A stretch of DNA of 64,000 bases from an uncultured delta proteobacterium (GTDB lineage: Bacteria; Desulfobacterota; Syntrophorhabdia; Syntrophorhabdales; WCHB1-27). Positions 1 to 9,111 of this stretch are shown here, in pieces. The stretch lies in assembly GCA_963717985.1 (NCBI GenBank), contig CAVQYC010000007.1, positions 101,033-165,032 of the forward strand, in the 5' to 3' direction. The notes under the pieces are model-generated. The model saw only the letters and a program-made list of their open reading frames with translations, searched no databases and was not told the DNA's origin. Numbering within the stretch: position 1 is the first letter of the stretch; each line of letters starts with the position of its first letter. The translations under genes and the position numbers were made by a program.

Positions 1-95
1 TGATGAGTATTGAAGCAGCTTTTACCAACATCCGCAGCTTTTGTCAATTCCTCTTCGCAATTTACTGTTGACATATCTCTGAGGAGGGAAGTAAG

Positions 96-224
96 ATGTC
101 GTCAAACATGGGTGCCATCGGTGCTGTCATAGCTACTCTCGTCGGGGGGATCACTTACAAGACCGCAATAAATATTTCGAGAAGACAAGAATTTAACACA
201 GAAAGCTTAGGGGTGAGGCGATGA
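96..224 (+). CDS. hypothetical small membrane peptide (42 aa)
   Basis: Hand-translated, below the ORF-track cutoff. ATG at 96 follows GAGGAGGG. One hydrophobic helix (GAIGAVIATLVGGI). Stop TGA overlaps the next ATG (ATGA at 221-224). Confidence 0.25.
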   Translation: MSSNMGAIGAVIATLVGGITYKTAINISRRQEFNTESLGVRR

Positions 225-394
225 AAAGAGTTACGTGGACGATCGACATAGACGCGGACTCGCCAAGAGAGGCGGCTATTGCAGCAAGACAGTTGCAGCA
301 GGACAAAGAGAGCATCACCCACCTCTTCGTTGTTTTAGATGAACACGGCGAAAAGATGACATTTGATTTTGACGAAGAAGAAGGGGCAGTGTAA
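221..394 (+). CDS. hypothetical small acidic protein (57 aa)
   Basis: Hand-translated: MKRVTWTIDIDADSPREAAIAARQLQQDKESITHLFVVLDEHGEKMTFDFDEEEGAV. GGTGAGG lies upstream. Translationally coupled to the preceding small ORF. No family recognised. Confidence 0.3.
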   Translation: MKRVTWTIDIDADSPREAAIAARQLQQDKESITHLFVVLDEHGEKMTFDFDEEEGAV

Positions 395-397
395 TAA

Positions 398-664
398 TTA
401 CGGCACCCACACTCTGCAGCACCTGCCGTAAGGATCACACTGAGTTGAGAAAATACCCGTAAGAATAGCAGGGATAATAGGGATAGGCGTATCCTCTGTA
501 CGGGTAATAGCCATATCCTCCCCAGCAACGGCCTCTCCGTACCATCCACCACCGAAATGACCACCAAAACCGCCGTGACCACCGCCCCTTCCATAAGAGG
601 GGTATGGGACAGCCATAACGGCCACGACCATACAAAGCACCACGACCAGTAGAAGCTTTTTCAT
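398..664 (-). CDS. secreted glycine-rich protein (possible frameshift into a Gly/Tyr-rich tail)
   Basis: Clear signal peptide (MKKLLLVVVLCMVVAVMA) followed by GRGGGHGGFGGHFGGGWYG. The low-complexity theme continues in another frame (ORF 435..635: GGYGYYPYRGYAYPYYPCYSYGYF). Confidence 0.5.
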   Translation of the reverse strand: MKKLLLVVVLCMVVAVMAVPYPSYGRGGGHGGFGGHFGGGWYGEAVAGEDMAITRTEDTPIPIIPAILTGIFSTQCDPYGRCCRVWVP

Positions 665-835
665 TTGTCTCCCTGAATCACTCTTATAACAGCAAAAAAG
701 ATGTGTGGCATAGAGGGGTAATCGGGTCGGCAGAATTCACCATTTCTGCACGCCGCGCGTTTTTTGTGCTATATTATTGGGCAAATATGGGCAAAAAGAG
801 CATTGATCTGGTGAGCGTAGGCAGGGGTTTGTAGC

Positions 836-1090
836 ATGGCTCAGGAGAAGCTGAGGATACTTTCTTCGACTTTGGCAGAGATATACGTGCGCCAGGGCCA
901 CTTCGACAAGGCGAGGGAAGTGTACGAGAAGCTTTTGTTGAGGGACGGCGAAAATGTGCTTTACCGGAGGAGGCTTGTGCTCCTTTCAGAGGGAAAGCCT
1001 GAGGCAAAGAGGCTCAAGCTGCTCTCCCGGATACTGAGAAAGGTTGAAGAAAGGCGTGATGAGAGAGAAGCGGGTAAGCAGAGTAGTTGA
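836..1090 (+). CDS. small TPR-like protein (84 aa)
   Basis: Track ORF with a single TPR-like helix pair (LAEIYVRQGHFDKAREVYEKLL). Weak RBS. Overlaps the pepP start. Confidence 0.4.
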   Translation: MAQEKLRILSSTLAEIYVRQGHFDKAREVYEKLLLRDGENVLYRRRLVLLSEGKPEAKRLKLLSRILRKVEERRDEREAGKQSS

Positions 1091-2141
1091 GATTTTGGAA
1101 CGGCAGGAACTCCGCGCCTGCATTATCAAGGGTATGGAGAATATCTTCTATCTCACCGGCTTTCGGGGTTCGGAGGGGTCGGTGCTTGTCACCAGGGGCG
1201 ATGTTGTCCTCCTGGTAGACAGCAGATACATCACCTATGCCCAGGGAGTAGCGCAGGGCTGTGTCGTGCTTGAGACAAAGGGAAAGGACGGAATTATGGA
1301 GAGTCTTTTCCAGAGGTACGGCATTACGAGAACGGGTTTCGACAGCTATCACACAACCTTTGAGACCTACCGGACGTTGAGGGACGGCAGCCCCTCCGTC
1401 GAATTTGTACCTCTCGCGAATGACATAGAGTCGGTGAGGCAATGCAAGGAGCCGGAGGAGGTCCTCGCCATGCAAAAGGCCATAAGCATCGCGACGCGGG
1501 CCTTTACCGCCGTCTTTGAAAAGATCGTACCGGGAAGGACCGAAAAGGAGATAGCGAACGACCTGGATTATGCGATGCGGAGCTTTGGCGCCGATGAACC
1601 GTCGTTCGAGACCATCGTCGCCTCGGGGCCGCGCTCCGCGCTCCCCCACGGGCAACCGACCGACAAAACCCTGGAGGCGGGGGAAGTGGTGATCATAGAT
1701 TTCGGGTGCCGGGTCGACGGATATTGCTCCGATGAGACGTGTACTATTTCTCTGGGACAAACGAGTAAGCAATTACAGGAGATCCATGAGGTCGTCCGCG
1801 ATGCGAAGCAGAAGGGCCTCGATGCGGTGAGAGCCGGTCTGCCGGTGCGGGAACTGGATATGATAGTGCGGGGCTTTATCGAGGAGAAGGGCTATGGGGA
1901 GTTCTTCGGTCACGGGACCGGCCACGGTGTGGGCATAGCGGTCCATGAGGCGCCCGGGGTGACGAACAGGGGCGAAGGGCTCCTGGAAGAGTATATGGTT
2001 ATTACCATTGAGCCCGGTATTTACATACCCCATGTGGGTGGAGTACGCCTGGAGGACATGGTGCTTGTGAAAGAGAACGGGGGAGAGGTCCTCACCCGTT
2101 TGCGGAAAGATCTATTCGAGACACAAGGGGGCTTGCGATGA
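1044..2141 (+). CDS. pepP: Xaa-Pro aminopeptidase, M24B family
   Basis: Creatinase-like N-domain plus the M24 metal-ligand motif HGTGHGVGIAVHEAPG and EPGIY. Classic pepP-efp synteny. Start is uncertain: TTG 1044, GTG 1056 or ATG 1059. Confidence 0.9.
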   Translation: MKKGVMREKRVSRVVEILERQELRACIIKGMENIFYLTGFRGSEGSVLVTRGDVVLLVDSRYITYAQGVAQGCVVLETKGKDGIMESLFQRYGITRTGFDSYHTTFETYRTLRDGSPSVEFVPLANDIESVRQCKEPEEVLAMQKAISIATRAFTAVFEKIVPGRTEKEIANDLDYAMRSFGADEPSFETIVASGPRSALPHGQPTDKTLEAGEVVIIDFGCRVDGYCSDETCTISLGQTSKQLQEIHEVVRDAKQKGLDAVRAGLPVRELDMIVRGFIEEKGYGEFFGHGTGHGVGIAVHEAPGVTNRGEGLLEEYMVITIEPGIYIPHVGGVRLEDMVLVKENGGEVLTRLRKDLFETQGGLR

Positions 2142-2707
2142 TGGTAGCGACTAGTGAATTCAGGAAGGGCTTGAAAGTGCTTTTGGATAACGACGAACCT
2201 TTTATGATAGTCGATTTTCAGCACGTCAAACCGGGAAAAGGCGGTGCCTTCGTCAGGACGAGGCTCAAGAGCCTGGTGTCGGGAAATGTGCTGGACAGGA
2301 CGTTCAGGTCGGGAGACAAGATCGAGATCCCAGAAATGGAAGAGAAACAGATGCAGTACATGTACAAAGAGGGGGTAAACTACTACTTCATGGACGTGAA
2401 CACCTACGACCAGCTTTTTATCGAAGAGGAAAACCTGGGCGATGCGAAGAACTACCTGAAGGAGGGGTTGACCATAAACGTCTCTTTTTACAAGGGGAAA
2501 GCCATCGGGGTGGAGCTTCCCAATTTCGTCGATCTGGCGGTGGTGAAAACGGAACCCGGCGCCAAAGGGGACACAGCTCAAAATGCGACGAAATCGGCCG
2601 AGCTGGAATCGGGCCACGTGCTCCAGGTGCCTCTCTTCCTGGAAGAGGGAGAAGTGATAAAAATTGACACCAGGTCCGGGCAGTACATCACAAGGGTTTC
2701 TAAATAG
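2138..2707 (+). CDS. efp: elongation factor P
   Basis: 189 aa with FRKGLKVLLDNDEPFMIVDFQHVKPGKGGAFVRTRLK (conserved KPGKG loop). ATGA overlap with pepP. Confidence 0.95.
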   Translation: MMVATSEFRKGLKVLLDNDEPFMIVDFQHVKPGKGGAFVRTRLKSLVSGNVLDRTFRSGDKIEIPEMEEKQMQYMYKEGVNYYFMDVNTYDQLFIEEENLGDAKNYLKEGLTINVSFYKGKAIGVELPNFVDLAVVKTEPGAKGDTAQNATKSAELESGHVLQVPLFLEEGEVIKIDTRSGQYITRVSK

Positions 2708-2714
2708 GTGGCTT

Positions 2715-3338
2715 ATGCTCGTGACGTTCGAGGGGATCGAGGGGAGTGGGAAAACCACACAGGTTGAGCTTCTTTGCAAATACCTGCAGGAAAAGGGCTA
2801 TCAGGTCGTAAGGACGCGGGAGCCGGGCGGGACCGCGCTTGGTGAGGCGCTGCGCAAGGTTCTGCTGCAGAAGGACCTCCATGTGCTTCCCCTCTCGGAA
2901 CTGCTCATATTCATGGCCGTCAGGTCGCAGCATATGGAGGAAGTAATCATGCCGGCCCTCGTCAGGGGGGCTGTCGTGGTCTGCGACCGGTTTGTCGATG
3001 CCACCTATGCCTATCAGGGATACGGCAGAGGCGTCGATCTGGGGATTATCGCTACCCTTAACCGCCTTGTCACTAAAGGCGTCACGCCGAACCTCACCAT
3101 CCTTCTCGACTGCGACGTGGATGTGGGGCTCAAGAGGAAACTGGTCCATAATCCCCAGTCGGACAGGTTCGAGCAGGAAGGGGCCGCCTTCCACGAACAG
3201 ATCAGGCGGGGCTATCTCAAGCTGGTGGAAGAGGACGAAAAAAGGTTTTTTGTGGTCAACGGGAAGCGGGATATCGAGGCGACCCATCTCGCGATAAGAG
3301 ACAGGGTGGAAAGGCTGCTGGAAAGCCATGGAGTTTAG
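2715..3338 (+). CDS. tmk: thymidylate kinase
   Basis: P-loop FEGIEGSGKTTQ, DRF motif (VVCDRFVDATYAYQG). Start moved to the ATG at 2715 (MLVTFEG), just after the efp stop. Confidence 0.95.
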   Translation: MLVTFEGIEGSGKTTQVELLCKYLQEKGYQVVRTREPGGTALGEALRKVLLQKDLHVLPLSELLIFMAVRSQHMEEVIMPALVRGAVVVCDRFVDATYAYQGYGRGVDLGIIATLNRLVTKGVTPNLTILLDCDVDVGLKRKLVHNPQSDRFEQEGAAFHEQIRRGYLKLVEEDEKRFFVVNGKRDIEATHLAIRDRVERLLESHGV

Positions 3339-4287
3339 CGCCCTCGGTCACGATCATCAGAAGCATGTGCTTTCGTCCCTCGTACAAAAGGGGAAACTTC
3401 CCCATGCACTGCTCTTTGCCGGACCCAGGGGCGTCGGGAAACGGACGATAGCCGTCGAGCTGGTAAAGAACCTTTTTTGCGAGAAAGGCGGCGCCTGCGC
3501 AACGTGCCGCGGATGCCGGAACGTCGAGGCCGGTCTCCATCCTGATTTTACGCTCGTGAGCGGAGAGACATCGATCAAAATAGATGAGCTGCGCGCGGTT
3601 ATGAAAGAGGTCTATGAGTCTCCCTTTGAGGCGCAGGTTCGGGCGGTCCTCATTGACAATGCGGAGCTTATGACGCATGAGGCGGCAAACGCCCTCCTGA
3701 AAACACTGGAAGAGCCTCCGCCTTCCAACCTTTTTTTGCTCGTCTCCTCAAGAGAGCAGGAGATACCGCTGACCGTGAGGTCCCGCTGTATGCGTCTCGG
3801 GTTCGGCCCGCTTTCGACGGAACACCTGTGCGCGTACTTCGAGCGGGTAGCGAGGCTGGACGGGCAAAAAGCGCAGGTCCTTGCCGCCATTAGCAACGGC
3901 AGCGTAGCGTCAGGGCTCTTCTGGATGGAAGAAGAACACTACGGGATGAGGCAAAGGATCGCGGAGCTGCTTACCGGGCGGAAGCAGACGTCTGCGAATG
4001 CAGCCTTACTTGCGGAAAGGATGACGGCGAAGGAGGACGAGATGGAATACCTTTCCTTCCTCCTCTCTTTCTTCAGGGACATCTGGTGGCTTTGCCGCAC
4101 CGGCGAATCAGGCGGCCTGCTCAATAAAGACCTGGCGGGGATCATGAGTGATGCGAGAGCCGGGGGCGCCACATGGGCGGAATCGTCAATAACAAGGATC
4201 CAGGAGATGTCAAGAACGCTTCGCTACAACATAAACAGGTGGCTCGCCATGGAAACTCTGATGCTTCACCTCGTGAGGCCGGTATGA
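3328..4287 (+). CDS. holB: DNA polymerase III delta-prime subunit
   Basis: LLFAGPRGVGKRT P-loop, zinc module CATCRGCRNVEAGLHPDF, SRC motif (VRSRCMRL). tmk-holB synteny. Confidence 0.9.
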   Translation: MEFSALGHDHQKHVLSSLVQKGKLPHALLFAGPRGVGKRTIAVELVKNLFCEKGGACATCRGCRNVEAGLHPDFTLVSGETSIKIDELRAVMKEVYESPFEAQVRAVLIDNAELMTHEAANALLKTLEEPPPSNLFLLVSSREQEIPLTVRSRCMRLGFGPLSTEHLCAYFERVARLDGQKAQVLAAISNGSVASGLFWMEEEHYGMRQRIAELLTGRKQTSANAALLAERMTAKEDEMEYLSFLLSFFRDIWWLCRTGESGGLLNKDLAGIMSDARAGGATWAESSITRIQEMSRTLRYNINRWLAMETLMLHLVRPV

Positions 4288-5078
4288 AGGCATGCCGGGT
4301 GAAATTTGACTGTCCGACAGGGACTGTCGAGCTGGAGGCGGTTGACGACCTGAAGGTCGGCGACCAGGTTGTGTGCGACCTCGACAAGGGCGAAAGCCTG
4401 GGGGTTGTGGCGACGGAACCAGCGGAGACTTTGAAGGAGGGGCTGCGGAAGGTGGTGAGGAAGGCGTCTCCCGAAGAGGTTGCCGACTACCGGGTCCTGA
4501 AAGGAAAAGAGGGTTACGCCTTCGACCTGTGCAAGCGTAAGATCGCGGAGATGAGGCTGCCCATGAAGCTCCTGCGGGCCGAATATCTGCTCAGGTCCGC
4601 CAAGCTGCTCTTCTATTTTTTTTCTGAAGACAGGGTTGATTTCCGGGACCTGGTCAAAGAACTGGCGAAGGAGTTCAAGGTGCGGATAGAAATGCGGCAG
4701 GTCGGCGTCAGGGACGAGGCCAAGATCATCGGGGGTGTCGGAAACTGCGGGAACGTGGTCTGCTGCAAACGTTTTTTGAACAGCTTTTCCATAGTCTCCA
4801 TAAAGATGATGAAGGAGCAGAACCTCCTCCTCAACCCGTCCAAGATCTCCGGCGTCTGTGGGAGGCTCATGTGCTGCCTGGGCTATGAATACGGTATGTA
4901 CGTGGACCTGAAGAAGGACTTTCCCAAGGTGGGCAAACGGGTGACGACGCCGCAGGGTGAGGCCAAGGTGATAAAGAACAACGTGCTGGTCCAGACCGTC
5001 ACGGTGGAGACCGGAGACGGGAAAGAGGTGACGTTTCCGGTGAAGGACGTAAGACCGGTGAAGAGCGGGGAGACTTAA
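4284..5078 (+). CDS. PSP1 domain protein (YaaT/RicT-like)
   Basis: PSP1 C-terminal region KEFKVRIEMRQVGVRDEAKIIGGVGNCGNVVCCKRFL. ATG 4284 overlaps the holB stop (ATGA). Conserved holB-PSP1 neighbourhood. Confidence 0.85.
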   Translation: MKACRVKFDCPTGTVELEAVDDLKVGDQVVCDLDKGESLGVVATEPAETLKEGLRKVVRKASPEEVADYRVLKGKEGYAFDLCKRKIAEMRLPMKLLRAEYLLRSAKLLFYFFSEDRVDFRDLVKELAKEFKVRIEMRQVGVRDEAKIIGGVGNCGNVVCCKRFLNSFSIVSIKMMKEQNLLLNPSKISGVCGRLMCCLGYEYGMYVDLKKDFPKVGKRVTTPQGEAKVIKNNVLVQTVTVETGDGKEVTFPVKDVRPVKSGET

Positions 5079-5079
5079 G

Positions 5080-6606
5080 TTGAACAAGCATTACTATATT
5101 ACCACGCCTATCTACTATATCAACGACGTGCCGCATATAGGCCATGCCTATACCACCTGTGCCGCCGACGTGATGGCGCGTTATAAGAGAATCTGCGGCT
5201 ACGAGGTCTTTTTCCTCACCGGGGTTGACGAGCACGGTCAGAAGGCCCAAAGGACCGCCCTTGAGCAGGGCATCCAGCCGCAGGAGCTGGCGGACAGGAT
5301 GCTGCCCACCTTCGTCGATCTTTGGAAGCTCCTTAACGTAACGAACACAGGGTTCATCAGGACGACGGACGCCGCCCACAGAAAGGTGGTCCAGTACCTT
5401 TTCGAAAAGATATACGAGAAAGGCGACATCTACCTCGGGGAATACGAGGACTGGTACTGTACCCCTTGCGAGAGCTATTTTACCGAGCTGCAGCTCAAAG
5501 AGGGCAACTGCCCCGATTGCGGCCGGAGCGTGGAGCGGCTCAAAGAGGAGAGCTACTTCTTCAGGATGTCGCGCTTCGGAGAGCCCCTGCTCCGTTACCT
5601 GGAACAGCACAAGACGTTCGTCATGCCCGAGGTGCGGCATAACGAAGTGGCAAGTTTCGTGAAGAGTGGGCTGCACGACCTGTCTATAAGCAGAACCACC
5701 TTCAACTGGGGCATTCCCGTTCCCGGCAACCCCAACCATGTGGTCTATGTCTGGTTCGACGCCCTGGCGAATTACCTGACCGGCGCCGGGTTTTTGAGCG
5801 ACATGGACCGGTTCGAACAGTTTTGGCCGGCTGATGCGCACCTTATCGGCAAAGACATTCTCAGGTTCCACGCCGTCTACTGGCCCTCCTTTCTTATGGC
5901 TGCCGATCTTCCCCTGCCGGAGCACGTCTTTGCCCACGGCTGGTGGACGGTCGAGGGCCGGAAGATGTCCAAATCCCTGGGCAATGTGGTGGACCCCAAC
6001 GAAATGGCGAACACCTACGGCGTCGATGAGTTCAGGTTCTTCCTGTTCCGGGAGGTACCGTTCGGCCTCGACGGCGATTTTTCGCAGGACGCCATCGTGG
6101 CCCGCATCAACGGGGACCTCGCGAATGATTACGGCAATCTCGTTTCCAGGAGCGCAAACATGGTCGGGAAGTTCCTGGCCGGAAGGCTGGCAATGCCCGG
6201 CGAGTCGGGGGGCACAGACGCACACCTTTTGGCGCGGACGCAGGAGATCGTAGCCGAGTACCGAAGGGAAATGGACGTCTTCGGCTTCTACAAGGCATTA
6301 AACAGCGTCTTTGAGCTTACCGGCCTTGTGAATAAGTACATAGACACCGAGGCGCCATGGAAACTCGCCAAGGAGGACCGGGTGAGGCTTTCCACCGTGC
6401 TCTATAATATCTGGAACGGCGTCAGAATCTGCACGCTCCTCCTCTATCCCTTCATGCCGTCAAAGACGGCTTCTGCCTGGAAGGCGCTGGGGATCAACCG
6501 GGATATTGAAAAGGCGGCCTTTGACGAGGAACAAGGGTTTTACCATGCGGGCGACCTTTCTCCCATAGAGAGGATAGCGCCCTTGTTTCCGAGGAGAGAG
6601 CGCTAA
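5080..6606 (+). CDS. metG: methionyl-tRNA synthetase (short form)
   Basis: Class I HIGH (PHIGHAYT) and KMSKS motifs, CPDCG zinc knuckle. TTG start at 5080. 508 aa, so it lacks the C-terminal tRNA-binding appendage. Confidence 0.95.
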   Translation: MNKHYYITTPIYYINDVPHIGHAYTTCAADVMARYKRICGYEVFFLTGVDEHGQKAQRTALEQGIQPQELADRMLPTFVDLWKLLNVTNTGFIRTTDAAHRKVVQYLFEKIYEKGDIYLGEYEDWYCTPCESYFTELQLKEGNCPDCGRSVERLKEESYFFRMSRFGEPLLRYLEQHKTFVMPEVRHNEVASFVKSGLHDLSISRTTFNWGIPVPGNPNHVVYVWFDALANYLTGAGFLSDMDRFEQFWPADAHLIGKDILRFHAVYWPSFLMAADLPLPEHVFAHGWWTVEGRKMSKSLGNVVDPNEMANTYGVDEFRFFLFREVPFGLDGDFSQDAIVARINGDLANDYGNLVSRSANMVGKFLAGRLAMPGESGGTDAHLLARTQEIVAEYRREMDVFGFYKALNSVFELTGLVNKYIDTEAPWKLAKEDRVRLSTVLYNIWNGVRICTLLLYPFMPSKTASAWKALGINRDIEKAAFDEEQGFYHAGDLSPIERIAPLFPRRER

Positions 6607-6609
6607 AGT

Positions 6610-6906
6610 ATGCCTTTCACCATTCTGAAGCAGATATTGGAAAGGGTCATGCGCGAGCAGGACTTCAAGGGCGACATCGAGGCGTACAGGGTCTTTGCCG
6701 AATGGACGGATATCGTGGGGCAGAAGGTGGCGGACCACACCAGACCCGTGCGCCTGGGCGATAGGCTCCTCTACGTGGAAGTGGACGATCACCTGTGGAT
6801 GGCCCAGTTAAAGTATATGAAAGCGGATATGTTGAGAAAGATAGACCGGGCGATTAAGCCCGGTCTCTTCAGGGATTTAAAGTTCTTTCTTAAGAGCGTC
6901 CAGTAG
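6610..6906 (+). CDS. DUF721 (DciA-like) protein
   Basis: 98 aa. Pattern W..IVG..VA.HT.P..L....L.V.V....W..L is typical of DUF721 as I recall it. Confidence 0.7.
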   Translation: MPFTILKQILERVMREQDFKGDIEAYRVFAEWTDIVGQKVADHTRPVRLGDRLLYVEVDDHLWMAQLKYMKADMLRKIDRAIKPGLFRDLKFFLKSVQ

Positions 6907-8025
6907 CGCCCGGTACGGCAACCCCAGCCCGTCGGCAATCCGTTTTACCTCTTCGAACTCAATGTGGGTCTTCACGAGCCTTCCCGACCTGTCGTACCCT
7001 TTCTTCACCTTTACCGGGCCGAACGATGTCTGGCGCACCTCTTCAGACCGGGCAAGGATTGTCCGAAACTCCGACCTGAGCCGCAGGCCAAAGGTCGAGG
7101 TCTCTCGAAAGACCGCTTCCGTCAAGGCGGGGAGGCGGGATGCCGGGGCGAGGATCGAGAGGCGTATGCCTGACCTGCCCTTCTTCATCTGCACGGGGAA
7201 GTAAAGCACATCGAGTGCGCCGACGCTGCGGATCCTCTCGGCCGCGACCCCCATATATTCGGTCTCCATATCGTCCATGTCCGCTTCCATGACCCATATC
7301 TCTTCATCGACGGCGGGCCCCTCCATCTCACCGATGAAGACACGCAGGACATTCGGCCTTGCCGTCTCAAAGGTGCCGAACCCGCAGCCGTGGCGGATGA
7401 TCCTGAACGCCGGTCTTGTCTGGCTTTTTACATAATGCCTGACAATTGCCGCTCCTGTCGGGGTGGTCAGCTCGAGCTCTTCGTCGAGGAAGATCACTTT
7501 GAAACCGGAGAGGAGTTCCGTGGTTGCGGGCGGCGGGTTGGGCATCATGCCGTGGGCCGTTTTCACGAAGCCCCTGCCGACCGGCACGGGTCCGCAGTAC
7601 ACCGTGTCTATATTGAAGTAGGCGACTGCCCGGGCCACGCCGAGCACGTCGATAATCGTATCTATATGGGAGAGCTCATGGAAGTGTATCTCCTCCCTGG
7701 GCACGCCGTGCACTTTCGATTCGGCGTCGACGACGATGTCGAGGATGGCCCCCGCGTCCGCCTTCACACGCTCTTCCGTATGCAGGCCCTCTATCATCTG
7801 TCGCATCTGCGTGACGGACAGGTGGATATCGCTCGGACCCATCAACAGGTGCGTTCCGACGATAGCCCCCCGGCGCTTTTTTTCGGGTTCGATGGAAGGC
7901 ACGCTGACTGGGAGCTGTCCGAGGAGGTCCGTCAGCACCGAAAGCGGGCATCCCGCGTCGAGGAGAGCGCTGATGGTCATATCGCCGCTTATGCCGAGGA
8001 CAGGATCCAGGTAGAGGATGTTCAT
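6877..8025 (-). CDS. larC: nickel-pincer cofactor nickel insertion protein LarC (DUF111)
   Basis: N-terminus MNILYLDPVLGISGDMTISALLDAG is diagnostic of the LarC/DUF111 family. Coupled to larB (ATGA overlap). Confidence 0.9.
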   Translation of the reverse strand: MNILYLDPVLGISGDMTISALLDAGCPLSVLTDLLGQLPVSVPSIEPEKKRRGAIVGTHLLMGPSDIHLSVTQMRQMIEGLHTEERVKADAGAILDIVVDAESKVHGVPREEIHFHELSHIDTIIDVLGVARAVAYFNIDTVYCGPVPVGRGFVKTAHGMMPNPPPATTELLSGFKVIFLDEELELTTPTGAAIVRHYVKSQTRPAFRIIRHGCGFGTFETARPNVLRVFIGEMEGPAVDEEIWVMEADMDDMETEYMGVAAERIRSVGALDVLYFPVQMKKGRSGIRLSILAPASRLPALTEAVFRETSTFGLRLRSEFRTILARSEEVRQTSFGPVKVKKGYDRSGRLVKTHIEFEEVKRIADGLGLPYRALLDALKKEL

Positions 8026-8762
8026 AGGCGATTGATGAGGGTTGCGAAATAGGCCGCGCCGAAGCCGTTATCGATGTTGAAGGTGGCGACGGTGGAACAG
8101 GAGTTGAGCATGGCGAGGAGGGCTGAAATGCCACCGAAGCTCGCGCCGTAACCGATGCTCGTCGGGACCGCGATGACGGGCGCTGCCACTATCCCCGCCA
8201 CAATTGACGGGAGGGCGCCTTCCATGCCCGCGGCCACGATGATGACCCGGGCTTTCTTTAGGAGGTCCAGGTTCTGGAAAAGGCGGTGAATGCCGGCGAC
8301 ACCCACGTCGTAGAGCGTTTCCGTCACGTTGCCGAAAAACGCGGAGGTCGTGGAGGCTTCCTCGGCAACGGGGATATCGCTTGTCCCGGCAGAGACTATG
8401 AGGATCGTGCCCTTCCCCCTTAGGGACATATCTTTCCTGATGGTGAAGCAACGGGCTGCCTCGTGATAGCTGCCTTCCGGAAAAGAGTCGATGAGCCGAT
8501 CGCCCTTCTCCTGATCGATCCTCGTGGCGAGCACGTCGACCCCTTTCTCCGTCATGGAGCTGACGATCTCCTCAATCTGCTCGAATGTCTTGCCTTCGCC
8601 GAAGATGACCTCCTGAATGCCTTTCCTGAGCTGGCGATGAAGATCGATCTTCGTGTGCGTCAGGTCCTGGAACGGCACGTCTTTCATCTCCTCGAAGGCA
8701 GCCTGTACGGAGACGGTGCCGGCGGCGACCGCGGAAAGGAGCGCGAGGATGCGTTCATCCAT
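8022..8762 (-). CDS. larB: LarB, PurE-like pyridinium-3,5-biscarboxylic acid mononucleotide synthase
   Basis: AIR-carboxylase-like core ILIVSAGTSDIPVAEEA ... VIIVAAGMEGALPS. Adjacent to larC. Confidence 0.9.
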   Translation of the reverse strand: MDERILALLSAVAAGTVSVQAAFEEMKDVPFQDLTHTKIDLHRQLRKGIQEVIFGEGKTFEQIEEIVSSMTEKGVDVLATRIDQEKGDRLIDSFPEGSYHEAARCFTIRKDMSLRGKGTILIVSAGTSDIPVAEEASTTSAFFGNVTETLYDVGVAGIHRLFQNLDLLKKARVIIVAAGMEGALPSIVAGIVAAPVIAVPTSIGYGASFGGISALLAMLNSCSTVATFNIDNGFGAAYFATLINRL

Positions 8763-9111
8763 GTTCTTCCACCAGAAAGGCGTTCTTGACGAGCTTGATC
8801 TTATCGTAGTCGATGCCGATCACGTCGAAGCGGACGCTCCTGTCAGAGCAGTGATGCGTCTTCAGATAAAAGAGGGCGGCCCTCACGAGATGCCGCTTTT
8901 TTCTCTCATCGATGGAGCAGACCGCCTCTCCAAAAAGGGGCGTGTTCCTTTTCTTTACCTCGACAAAAACCAGGCACCCTCCTTCCTCGGCGATGACATC
9001 TATCTCGCCCAGTCTGCTTCTATAATTCCTTTCGACTATCTTGTATCCCCTGCGCTTCAGGGTTTTGATTGCGGTCTCTTCGCCGCGTATGCCCTCTTCC
9101 CGGCTAGTCAC
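8755..9111 (-). CDS. YraN family (UPF0102) endonuclease-like protein
   Basis: GEETAIKTLKRRGYKIVERNYRSRLGEIDVIA ... LVFVEVKKR is the PD-(D/E)xK pattern typical of YraN. rnhB-yraN synteny. Confidence 0.85.
   Translation of the reverse strand: MTSREEGIRGEETAIKTLKRRGYKIVERNYRSRLGEIDVIAEEGGCLVFVEVKKRNTPLFGEAVCSIDERKKRHLVRAALFYLKTHHCSDRSVRFDVIGIDYDKIKLVKNAFLVEEHG

Noticed and set aside
4999-6225. 408-aa minus-strand ORF
   Set aside because: It lies entirely antisense to metG, whose HIGH/KMSKS motifs are unambiguous. It has an Arg/Pro/Gly-rich shadow-ORF composition typical of GC-rich DNA.
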